Below are positions 39,352 through 51,512 of a stretch of DNA of 64,000 nt, piece after piece. The notes beneath the pieces were generated by a model that was not told the DNA's origin, made no database searches, and saw only the letters and a program-made list of their open reading frames with translations. Made by a program: the position numbers and the translations under genes. The DNA is from Mobula hypostoma (lineage: Eukaryota): assembly GCF_963921235.1 (NCBI RefSeq), contig NC_086097.1, positions 244,592,001 through 244,656,000 on the forward strand. Direction: 5' to 3'. How positions within the stretch are numbered: position 1 is the stretch's first letter; each line of letters begins with the position of its first letter.

Positions 39352-40244
39352 AAACCCCAACCCCCCATCCCTCCCTTGCACAAGAAACCAACAGCTCACC
39401 TGCACAGAAAACAGCAGATGGAATATTAAACCCCCAACCTCCCTCCCTCACAGAAAAACTAACAGATCAGTGAAAGATTGACCAGAGTGCAGAAGGCAAC
39501 AGACTGTGTAAATACGTATGTAAATAAACAACAATAAACAATGAGAGCATGAGATATTGAGATAAAAAGTCCTTAAAGTGAGATCATTGGCTATGTGAAA
39601 GTTTCAATGATGGGGCAATGGAGTGTAGTCATCCCCTTTTAGTCAAGAACCTGGTGGTTGAGGGGTAGTAACTGTTCTTGAAGCTAGTGCGAGATCTGAG
39701 GCTCCTGTACCTTCTGCCTGATGGCAGCAATGAGAGGGAAGAGAGAAGGAGAGAGGGATAGAGAAGAAGAGAGAGAGAGAGAGATAGATATGTTACAGGT
39801 AGTAAGGGTTACTCGGAGAAATGCAGCTCTAACTCTCTCTCCTCCCAATTCACTGAGTTCCTCGCACCATCTGTTTCCATACCCCCTCAACACACCCCAT
39901 CATCCAGTGTTGTCCCCAACTTAGTTCCATTGACCTATTACTTACATGCATTTCCTGAAGGGTCCCTTTCTCCTCACCCACCTGATTCTAGCCATTAATC
40001 AACCTTCTCCAGCCTCAGACCTGGTGCAGGATATCAGCCTGGATCATCGACAGCTTCTTTCCTCCCACTGATGCTGCTTGAGCCACTGAGTTTCCCCAGC
40101 AGTTTGTGTGTTGCTCTCTTAGCTCATCCCACTTATCCACTTCCCTGATTATCAGAGTCCATCACAGCACCTCTTGTGTCTCCATATCCTCCAGCTGCTG
40201 CATCTTTCACCCACTCCCCCAGCTGGTTCATTCTGTCTGCCCCT

Positions 40245-40655
40245 CCTTGTATAAGACATTGGTGAGGCCTAACTTGGAGCATGTTGTGTACAGTTTTGGT
40301 CAACTACTGACAGGAAAGAAGTAAATAAGGTTGAAAGAGCACAGAGAAAATTCACAAGGATGTAGTCTGGACTGGAGGACCTGAGTTACAAGAAAAAATT
40401 GAATACATTAGGACTTTATTCCGTGGAATGTAGAAGATTGAGAGGAGATTTGAGAGAGGCATACAAAATTATGAGGGGTATAGATTGGGTATATGCAGGC
40501 AGGCTTTTTCCATTGAGGTTGGGAGGAACTACAGCTAGAGGTTATGGGTTAAGGGAGAAAGGTGAAAAGTTTAAGAGGAACATGAGGGGAAACTTCTTCA
40601 CTCAGAGGGTCATGAGAGTGTGGAACAAGCTGCCAACACAAGTGGTGCATGTAAA
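40245..40655 (+). mobile_element. CR1 3' fragment
   Basis: LYKTLVRPNLE...RRLRGDL...FFTQRVMRVWNKLP. Confidence 0.8.
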
Positions 40656-42156
40656 CTCGACTTGGTCTATTTCCATTAGTCACCCCCCCCCACCCCCATC
40701 TCCCACCTTCACACCACCTCATCCCATTAATCTTCACTCCCCTAGATCCACCAATCACCTTATACCTCATCCCTCTGCCTCAATAGTGACCATACTCCGT
40801 TCATACTCTCATTCCTGCTGCAGGGTCCTGATCATTCAGCAACCACCCCCCCCCCACCTTGCAGATCCTGCCTGACCCATTTAGTTTATTTGAAGTAGAC
40901 AGAGGGCAGAGTTCTCTTCAGCAGAACTGTGATGATAGCATGGTATCAGAGACATCAAGAAGCTTAAGGGGCTTGAATGGACTAAACTATTTACAAGGTA
41001 TGTAGAGTCATTGAAAATGTTCCTTAAAGCACCGGGGCTGAGATTACTTGAGAAGGCAGTTAAAATCACATTTGTGTTTGTCATGTTAGGGACGGCAGAG
41101 TAGTGGAAGAAGTGACATGGTAGTGGAGTCATTAGTACAATTGCTTTGTACTGGGATGATTCCGGGAACGAAGGGGTTAACATACGAGGAGAATTTGGCA
41201 GCTTTGGGCCTGTACTCACTGGAATTTAGAGGAATGCGGGGGGGGTGGGGGAATCTCATTGAAACCTACTGAATGTTGAAAGGATTAGATAGAGTGGATG
41301 TGGAGAGGAAGTTTCCTCTTGTGGGAGCATGCAGAACTAGAGGGGACAGCCTCAAAATTTAGGGGTGACCCTTTAGAACAGAGGTAAGGATATGGCGAGA
41401 AAGCAGGTGTATGTACTTCCCTCAATTGCAGGACTCTGCAGAGAGTGGTGCGGACAGCCCAGCACATCTGAGATGTGAACTTCCCACTATTCAGGACATT
41501 TACAAAGACAGGTGTGTAAAAAGGGCCCAAAGGATCATGGGGGACCCGAGTCATCCCAACCACAAACTGTTCCAGCTGCTACCATCCGGGAAATGGTACC
41601 ACAGCATAAAAGCCAGGACCAACAGGCTCCGGGACAGCTTCTCCACCAGGCCATCAGACTGATTAATTCACAGTGATACAATTGTATTTCAATGCTATAT
41701 TGGACATTTAGATAGAGATGTAACATAAAGACTTTTACTCCTCGTGTATGTGAAGGATATAAGTTGAGTGGGATCTGGGATCAGCCATGATGGTTGGTGG
41801 AGCAGACTCGATGAGCTGACTGGCCTAATTCTGCTCCCATGTCATGTGGTCTTTACAGTACCAATGATCACTGATCAGGTTTCAATTCCCGCCACTCTCT
41901 GTCAGGAGCTTGTAGTACTTCCCATGACAGTGTGGGTCCCTTCCCACATTATGAAGACATGCAGATTAGGTTAGTGTGCTGTGGTCATGCTCTGTTGTCA
42001 CCAGAAGCATGGCGACACCTGCGGACTGCTCCCAGCACATCGCCAATGATGACACAAATGATGCAGTTCACTGTATGTTTCAATGTACATGTGACAAGAT
42101 GGTGGCCACAGTGTTTCATCGTCTTGCACTCTATTTGTTTTTTTGTTCAATAAGGA

Positions 42157-45100
42157 TGCTGAGTTCTGTTCTTTTGGGCTATGGACTATAGAAGAATTTA
42201 GTTGGCATGTGCACTTTCCCTGTTATGGGCATGTGCATGAGGGGCGAAGGGGGGGATTGTCGGTATAAAGATAGCAGCCTTCATGTATTGAAGGAGGAAC
42301 GGACAAAGTAAAGTTGTTTAACGTAAAGAAAATTTTGTCTTTGTCATTTGAGCTTTAACAGTGGTAGCAGAAGATGGTTTCCAATTACAGATCCTGGCAA
42401 CATTTGATAAGAGCAAGCTTTATGGAAGCTGAAAAAATGAAATTGGGATAGGGACTCGTGTTATGGAGCTCAAAGAGGAGAAGCAAGCCCTTGGAGTTGT
42501 GTTGTTGCTTTTGTGAACAGCGAGAGATGACGGTATGAATACACTAATACACTTGACTCAGTTTTTCTGAAGGAAGAAAAGGTTGGATTTATGAGGCATA
42601 TTCAGACTTTGACAAAATTTCCGGAGATAGTTCAAGAAATACGGCTGATTATTGATTTTGAATAAAGTACAGTCGCATGCGTAAATACAAAATGAAACTT
42701 CCTGAAAAAGTATTGGCTTTTGGATTGTTGGATACTGCGGGTCTAGACATAAATTATAGACAGCTAGACTCTGGAGTAAAGCTTCCCTGAAGAAAGCAGG
42801 GGCAGTACTGGAAATGGAGAATGACCAAGCCAGCGTCTCTTGAGCTCGCCAGTTCTGAACATTACTGTGTGAACATATTAGATAAAGACATTACTGAGAA
42901 TCAATGTGAGAATGAAATACTAACTGTCACAGAGAACATGACCAGAGATGAGAAACACATCAAACTTCACAAGCAGTTTGGACACACTTCAATTGATAGA
43001 CTTCTGGAACTGCTCAGGAGCTCAGGAAACAAAGATACAGACTACTTTTCCCATTCTAAAGCAGACAATTGACAGCTGTGAGACACACCAAAAGTTTGGA
43101 AAGCCTAAACCCAAGCCTGCAGCTTGACTGCCTCTGGCATCTGAATACAATGAAACAGTAACCATAGACCTACATGAACTAAACTGGAGCAAGGAGTATG
43201 GTATCTCCATGTCATTGATGTGCTCATGCATTGTAAACACCAAGAGACTCTCAGAGATAGTAAAAAGCTTCATCCATTCCTGAATAGGTGTGCATGGTCC
43301 ATCTTGGAATATCCTCCCTTTTCCTTCCTATGTCATTGGTAACAATATGTACCATGACTTCTGGCTGTTCTCCTTCCCACTTCAGGATATCATGGACGCG
43401 ATCAGAAACATCCCAGACCCTGGTACACTGCCATCCGTGTTTCTTTCCTGCATCCACAGAATCGCCTGTCTGACCCCCTAACTATAGAGTCCCCTATCAC
43501 TGCTGCCATCCTCTTCCTTTCCCAACCCTTCTGAGCCATAGGGCCAAACTCTGTGCCAGAGGCGCAGCCATTGTTGCCTCCCTCAGGTAGGCCGTCTTTC
43601 CCAACAGTACTCAAACAGGAGTACCTCTTGTTAAGGGGGACAGCCACTGGGGCACTCTCTAGTATATACCTTTTGCCCTTCCCTCTCCAGACTGTTACCC
43701 ACTTATCTGTCTCCCGAGGCCCTGGTGTGACTACCTGCCTATAGCTCCTATCTATCACCTCCTCACTTTCCCTGACCAGATGAAGGTCATTGAGCTGCAT
43801 CTCCAGTTCCCTAACGCGGTCCCTAAGGAGCTGCAGCTCCACACACCTGGCACAGATGTGGCTGTCCAGGAGGCTGGGATTCTCCTGGACTTCCCACATG
43901 TGACACCGAGCACAGAACACCAGCCTCACACACATACTTCCTGTCTGTATTCTACACAGGCAACCTACTTTGCCTCGACCCTTTATTGCTGAAGCCCCGT
44001 TGAGCCAAAGCCTTCCTACTCTGTCTCGCTCTACTCTGTCGCCTGCTGCTCTGACGCCCACTCTATAAAGTTGCCTCCTTTTAAACTCTTCATGCTGTTC
44101 TCACTGGCTGACGTCCACACGCTTGCGCAGTCATGCCCCGATTAAACCACTGAAGAAATAATGTAGTTGGAGAATTAATGGAGTGTTTGAGGAAGTCAGA
44201 GACACTGGCTAAAGGACAGTATCTACAAGATGGGTAAGCATGCCTGGTGGCTAGAGGTTTTGAGGAACTGAACATAGGGGAATTCCAAAAATACTCACCA
44301 ACATGTGCACCAGAGTCTTGCCAACTGCTTCTCACAGTGATACGTCAAAAGCATTGGCAACCCCATTCTATGGATATAAAATCCGCAATCGTACGGAGAT
44401 TGGAGCTGTCACATGACATTTACTTTCACTGCCCGCCTGAAGCCAGGAGTGAAGGACCACTGTGGAAACTCAAAATATGTGTATATGGTCGAGCAGATGC
44501 ATCACTCTACTGGTATAAAAGTTCAAAGATTCATTTACTTTATTGTCAAAGTGTACAACTCTGATATAAAAAGGTCAATGAAATAATGTTGAAAACAAGT
44601 GGAAAGATGTCACAAATGGATCCTCAGCTGTTTTTTACTGGCAAGATTCAGAATGCCATGTGATTGGAGAACTTCTCCAACGTCCTGATGAAGGCTGTCA
44701 ACCCAGAATGTCAACTGGTTACTCTTTTCCATAGATGCTGCCTGGCCTGCTGAGTTCCTCCAGCATTTGGAGTGTGTGGCTTGGATTTGCAGCATCAGCA
44801 GATTTTCTCTTATTTGTGACTGGAGTACTTGCCTGTCATGTAGATGACTTCATGTGGGGAGATTCACAAAACTTTGCCACAACAGTCATCCCTCAGCTAA
44901 AGTCAGCCTTTCAGGTTGGACGTGAGGAAAATGACAGATTCTGCAAGGTAGGGATAGACATCTTCGTCATTGACGAAACAGTACAACTATACCAAGAAAG
45001 CTCCATCGGGAATCTTCAGGCAATTCTCAGGTGCCATATAGTGAGATGCACCCCTCATTGAAGCTGAAATTGAACAACTCAGGTCAAAGATAGGTCAGAT

Positions 45101-46044
45101 TCTATGGGCGGCAAGACAAAGCAGATTTGACATCACGTTTTTTGCTTGAAACTTGGTATCCAGCACAAAAAATGTCACAGCACAAACTTTACATGAGGCA
45201 AACAAGATAGTGTGCAAAATTCAAACTGAAAAGTTGTCTTAAAGTTTCAACATTTTGGAAAAGATGGCTCACTAAGGCTTCTTGTCTTCAGTGATGCCTC
45301 TCTTGGAAATTTTCCTGCTGGAGGTACTCAAGGGGGATATTTTATTATACTGATGGGAGAAGAGGGAAGACATTCACCTCTTTGTTGGTAATCAAAAAGG
45401 ATCCGAAGAGTTGTACATAGTATGCTGGCAGAAGAAAGCTTTGCAATGTCTCGAGGTATTGACAATGCTGTTCATCTGACCATTCTATTCTGAGCTTTTT
45501 CTTGCTGACCCAAAGAAGAACAGTCAACAAATAACTTGTGTCACAGACAACTACACTTTGGTTGATGCCATCAAATCCACCGTCAGTTCCAGAGAATATG
45601 CTTGTTCAAGAGAAAAACAGATTAAGGAACTTGCACAGAAAATTCATCACATGTTCAGGTCAACTACAAAGAAACAATGAGCTGACAAAGAAGAGTGTCA
45701 GCTCTTGTGCTGCTAAAGGCACCTAGCGAAGGCATTTAGTACCTTAAGAACTGTATCAACATCAAAGGTTAGAACTAATTCTCATAGCCTAATGGACATT
45801 TGAATTGGTTTAAAATTGTTTTTTAATATACTGAAAAAGGATGGGAGATTGTTGAGTTCTGTTCATTTGGGCTATGTAAGCATTCAATTGGCACATGCCC
45901 TTTCCCTGTTATGGACATGCACATGAGTGGTGAAGGGGGATTGTGGGTATAAAGATGGTAGCCCTCATGTAGTGAAGGGGGAACGGACAAAGTAAAGTCG
46001 TTTAAACAAAAGAAAACATTGTCTTTGTCATTTGAGCATTAACA
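42157..46044 (+). mobile_element. Ty1/copia LTR retrotransposon relic (GalEa-like)
   Basis: TG..CA LTRs at 42157-42360 and 45850-46044. PBS TGGTAGCAGAAGATGGTTTC at 42362-42381. PPT at 45833-45848. Order gag, IN (KLHKQFGH), RT (LVARGFEE, MDIKSA, LKICVYG, HVDDF), RH (VFSDAS). Confidence 0.9.
43310..44150 (-). mobile_element. CR1 5'UTR + ORF1 fragment nested in the copia element
   Basis: CARC..CARC..LQLLRDRVRELE, VIGDSIVRG, HIVTNDIG. Homologous to 8400-9428. Confidence 0.88.
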
Positions 46045-46749
46045 AATGTTGTCTGGAGATCCTGTCCCAATTATGTATTCACAGGATGTGCTCTTGCACA
46101 TCCAACAAAAGAAATTTGCCTTTGCAGTCCAGACATTGTAAATACATGATGATATTCATGTATTTATGCACACTTTATCCAATAATCATAGTTCAAACTC
46201 TGAGTTAACTTTTTAATATAAATCTTTATTTTTTACAATTGTTCAATGTTAATTTTTGTTGCCTGTGTGGCAACACACTGCTGCAACTTCCTAATACTTG
46301 TAAAGGCACATAGCGAATAAAGTTGATTCATAATCTTTATGGGTCGTTACTGGTAAGGTTTCGGTGACGGGGTGGAGATACCTCTCTATCAAAAGAGGTG
46401 TAAGGTGCTCCTTCCATCTGCTAGCCTGCAGGTCACCCTTGGGCAAGGTGTAGCACATGCTTAGCCCCCCCTCTCCCAATCAGGGTCACGTGAAGCCATG
46501 GGAGCAGGTGGTGGATGGTCGTATGAACAGGTGGTGTATATCACAACTCCTGGTTATGCGACCACTAACACCAGGCAGATAGTTACTGAAGAATATTGAT
46601 ACTGACTGGGGTCACCTGTCTTGTAAAGATACTGTTCAGAAAAAGATAATGGCAAACCCCTTCTGTAGAAAAAATTGCCAAGAACAATCACAGTCATAGA
46701 GCATGATTGCCGATATCATACAACGTGGGACATAATAATGATCATGACC

Positions 46750-47847
46750 GGTAATGTGTGTGACTTCCTCAGATAGAAGCCCCTCAGGCTTGTACAGAAT
46801 TCACAGACGGTTTGTCAGGGTGGATATGGAATGTTGAATTAAAGTGACAGACATCCAGAGTAATTTCTCCAGACTGAGCGTAAGTGTTCCACAAAGCAAT
46901 CACCCAATCTAGACCGTATTGCACTACCTTTCCTTACTGGGAAAGTTCTTCCAGATCAACACCTTTGACCACATGTCCAGCAGGCAGTGGTCAGTATGGC
47001 ACATCCTGCAGACGCTGCAAGAGAAGGAGTTAATGGATAGGTTGGGGTGGTTCCCTGAGCAAACTGTCCAGACCATCTGGCAGAATGCCTCATCACCAGA
47101 TTGCACCAACAGGCACCAAGTCTTTGCTTGACTGGTGGTGAGAGGGATCCTTCCAGTGAGATCCTTTCTGCATGCCCGGAATATCACTTCTCGTGCAGGC
47201 TGCCTCCAGGAGGATTGTAGTGGGGATCAGTTGTTCATCTCTTTGCAGACTCAGCATTCAGAAAGAGGCTGTGGAGAAAGACGCAAGACCCTGTGTTATC
47301 CTGAGCAGTAGCTTGGCAGAGGACTCTCTTACCTATGGGCACACTCAGTGGTGACCAGGGACACACTTAGAGATGGGCATCAAGTGCTGTCGGCAGATCA
47401 TCACCTCGTTGAAAGGCACACTTGGGACTGCCTGAAACTTGTTGGTCTGTTAGCACATTGAGATGTCTGTGGAAGAATGCTGCTGACTGGCACATTCCAG
47501 GTGGCAGGAGTGGGGACACACTGAATCTCGATACAGCCACTTCAAAGGTTCAGAGGGGGATGACCACAGTATAGTGTTCTTCCATTACTGGGCAGGGATG
47601 GGTGATGAATCCTTTCAATTACCACCCCAGGGGACTACATGAATGGCAATATGCTGTTGGTAATTTAACACTAAACCCTTTCCATTTTTGCATTTGTAGA
47701 CCATGGGGTTTAGTTATACAACAGTATACAAGTTCAGTTATATAACTGAATTTAGATTGGGTGACTTTTTTTTAACCCAAATAAACTTATTCATAATAAA
47801 AAAACTATTTACAAGAATAAACCACCCAATCTAAATTCAGTTATATA
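46750..47847 (+). mobile_element. Tx1/L1-clade LINE 3' fragment with inverted tail
   Basis: WQNASSP...WLVVRGILPVRSFLHAR...C...C zinc-binding region. The poly-A end lies inverted at 47764-47822. Confidence 0.7.
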
Positions 47848-47848
47848 T

Positions 47849-48060
47849 GGGCCGGCCAGTGGTGTAGTACCATCAGCACGGGACTTCGAGGTCGTTGGTC
47901 CTGAGTTCGAATCCAGCTGGGTCCCAGCATGGGCAGCAGCAGTACCTGGGTGGAAGAAAGGCCTGGTAATTTACTTCCCTATCTTGCCACAAAAACCCTA
48001 TGGACAACTACACTATTGATAAGGTCGCCATGAGTCAACGACGACTCGAGAGCACTCAAC
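47849..48060 (+). mobile_element. tRNA-derived SINE with RTE-like tail
   Basis: A box TGGTGTAGTAC, B box GAGTTCGAATCC, 3' GGTCGCCATGAGTCAACGACGACTCGAGAGCAC. Related heads at about 53219 and about 62192. Confidence 0.72.
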
Positions 48061-51000
48061 GTTACAGTACTTTACAGTTTTTATTATGTATTTATCATGG
48101 TGTCCATTCAGTATCATTATCTCATATTTTACTCTCTTGTTGCATTACTCATTTATCTTTTATACTTTAATATTTCTTATTTTTTAAATATTTATTTTGT
48201 ATTTTTTTACATTGCACTGTACTGCTGATGTATAACAACAAATTTCATGACCTAAGTCAGTGATAATAATCCTGATTCTGATAATAGCTCAATGTACCAA
48301 TGTGTGGACACCATATTGGGAGCACTGGATGCACTACATCAGATTGGAAGAAGTGTGTGTGAATTATCATGGCTTCTGTAAGGTGACCCTGCACTGACAA
48401 GGAAAGGAGAAGTGAAAGTACAGGTGTTATACTTCCTGCGGTTTTATGGCAAAGTGTGAAGCAAAAGAGAGTAGGGTCGGAATAGCGGACTTGGGGTATT
48501 GCAGGAACGGTGCCTTTTAAATGTTCAAATATGCATAGCATCCAATGCTCAAGATCTTAAGAGATATTTGCATTTGCACAGTTTGTTGTCTTCTGCACTC
48601 TTGTTGATCTCTAATTGACCCCATTCTATAGATTTGCTGGATATGCCTACAGGAAAGTGACTCTCAGGGTTGTGTATTGTGAGGGTGAGGAAAGTACTTT
48701 GATAATAACACTTACTTTGAACTTTGATTGCAGAGGGTTATAGATCAGTCAGATCCGTCGGGGCACAACCATCCCCACCATTAGGGATATCTTCAAAAGG
48801 TAGGCAGCATCCAAGGCCAAGGACCCTTACCATCTGGAACATGTCCTTTTTTCATTACTACCATTGGAGAGGAGGTACAGGTACAGGAGCCTGAAGACAC
48901 ACACTTAATGATTCAGAAACAGCTTCTTTCCCTCCGACATCAGATTTCTGAATGGCGCATGAATACTACCTTGTTGTGCCTACTGTTTAATTTGGAAATT
49001 GGTTTAGCGTCACATGAAGTGAGATACAATGAAGAACTTGTATTGCATACTGTTTGTACAGATCAATTCATTACAATAATGCATTGATATAGAACAAGAG
49101 AAAATAATAACAGAATGAAGAATACAGTGTTTTAACGAGAAAGTGAGGTGCAGGTAGTCAGTACCGTGAAAGATTATAATGAAGTAGATTGAAAGGTCAA
49201 GAGTCTATTCCATTGTACGAGATGACTATTCAATAGTTTTGTAACAGTGACAAAGAAGCAGACCTCGAGTCCGGTGGTATCTGCCTTCAGGCTTTTGTAT
49301 CTTCTGCCTGATGGGAGGGGGAGAGGAGAGAGAATGTCTTGAGTGGGCGGGGTCTTTGATTATGTTGGCTGCTTTACCCAGGCTGTAAAAAGAGTAGACA
49401 GGGTCTATGGAGACGAGGCTGGTTTACATGATGTGCTGGGCCTGAGGCAAGAGATGGGCCAGTTTAGCTTGCTGCTCCACGAGGTTCACTCAGCTTTGCG
49501 CTGAAATAAGGGTTTGAACTAAGGACTCTCTGTGGACTTCAGTTCAGAACACTATTTGCTGCATTTATTGTTTGTGTGATTAGTTTTTTCCTTGCACATT
49601 GGGTGTTTTTTATGGTTTCTTTGTTTCATGGCTGTCGGTTAGGAGACGAATCTCGAGGTAGTATAATTATACATACTTTGATAGTAAATGTAATTTGAAC
49701 TTCGAGCTGTGTCCCCAACGCTCTGTAGATTCCTGTAGTCATATGCATAGCAGTTGCCATACCAAGCCATGATGCATCTGGATAGGCTGCTTTAAATGGT
49801 GTATCAAGAAAAAATGGTGAGGGTCGGTATACCAAGTTTCTTTAGCTTCCCGAGGAAGTAGAGCTTTGTTGGCCATGGACCAGGACGTAACAATGGCGAT
49901 TAGTGATTTAATTCATGGAAACCTGAAATTCTCAACCCTCTCAACCTCAGCATCTCTGATGCAAACGGGAGCATGTACAATTACCCCTCCCTTCCTGAAA
50001 AAAAATCAATGAGCAGCTCTTTTGTTTTGCTGACATTAAGGTTCTTTTAATGATACAATGTCACTAGGCTCTCTATTAACTTCCTCTACTCCGGCTCACT
50101 ATGGTGGCCTCATCTGCAAACTTTTGGAGTTAGAACAGTCGTGAGTATATAAAGTAGGGGGTGAAGGGTGCAGTTTGTGGGCACCGGTGTTGAGGATAAC
50201 CGTGACGGATTGTGTTGCTGCCTATCCTTACTGCTGTTTTGGAACTCAAGGATCCGGTTGCACAGACGGACCTTTGGACACTTCGGCCCACCATGTCCTT
50301 TCCACCCCTCAAGTCCCCTCTCCACAAAACGCTTAATGAAGTCAATGGCTAGCTTTGCACTATGTTGCTGCCGAAAAACAACGAATTTGACGCCATGTAA
50401 GTTGGTGATAATCAACCTGATTCCAAGTTACCGCCAGAGCAGCCGACCTTGTCCCCAGCGAGTTTCCTGGATACTGTTTCCATGGCCGTAAACGCTCTCG
50501 CGAGATATCCACCAGGACAACGGCTCGCGAGCAACACCTCTGCGGGGCTTTTAAAAATAATGGCTGGTTCTAGATCAACGTGGCGCCGAATGCCGGTGGA
50601 TTAAAGTACCGCTGCTGTTCTCTTTTGTTTTTTTTTATCGTCGGAGACAGCTCGGCGCTCGCGAACCCTTCGTTAACTTTCAAAGGGGGCGCCGCCGGCG
50701 AACGCACGTCACGATGACTGCGCATGCGCCCGGACCGGCCTGTCCCGGTCGCCTCGCTGGCTGGCTGGCGGGCGGGCGGCAGGCAGGGGAAAAGGGAGGG
50801 ACAGACAGACGTGTGGGGCGGGCGGCTTGTCACCGACGCGATCGTTTTGCTTCATTTATAATTAGTTCTCGCGGCGGATTACGGAGTCGAAGGGGAGGAG
50901 GTTGTTGCTGCTTCGCTTAAAGGGGAACCAGACGGAGTGTGGAAAGTGTCGTCTGGGTTCCGCCCCCACACCCCCCTCCTTCCCGGGGGCTCGCCGTCTG

Positions 51001-51111
51001 ACCGGCGGGGAAGGGCCACACAAGCCCGGCGGCCCTTCTCTGGGAAAGGAGTTGGGAGTGTCTACCCCAAAAAGGGGGGTGGGATCGGGCGGTGCAACTT
51101 ACGAAGTAGCT

Positions 51112-51290
51112 CCGGCCTGTTTTAGACTCCCCCTTCCCCCTTACCCCGGCCTGTTTTAGACCCCCTCCGTGCCCCATCCTGATTTAGCCCCCGCCTCTTT
51201 TGCCCTGGCTGGCCCGTTTCAGCCCCTAGTGCCCTGGCTGGACTATTTTAGCCCCAACTGCCCTGACTGGCCTGTTTTAGCACCCCCCCC
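51112..51290 (+). repeat. Degenerate approximately 30-bp tandem repeat (six units) upstream of the CLASP2 ATG
   Basis: Recurring GGCCTGTTTTAG(A/C)CCC core at about 51112, 51146, 51178, 51202, 51230 and 51259. Confidence 0.75.
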
Positions 51291-51311
51291 CACACAATCT
51301 CCGGAGGCCCA

Positions 51312-51512
51312 ATGGAGTCCGAGAGCGGCCTGGAGTACTTCTCGGAGCAGGTGGCGCAGAAGGACGTCAGCCGGCGGCTGCAGGTCGGCCAGGAGCTGAT
51401 CGATTACCTGAGCGACCCAAGGAGGTCCAGCGAGGTGGATCACGATCACAAACGAAAGCTGGATAGCGTCGTTGACGAGCTAACAGGATGGCTAAACGCC
51501 AGCAACTTCAAG
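51312..51512 (+). CDS. CLASP2: CLIP-associating protein 2, first coding exon (TOG1 N-terminus)
   Basis: MESESGLEYFSEQVAQKDVSRRLQVGQELIDYL...VVDELTGWLNASNFK (67 codons), then AAG|GTAAGG donor. EYF and LTGW residues and adjacency to PDCD6IP favour CLASP2 over CLASP1. Confidence 0.93.
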
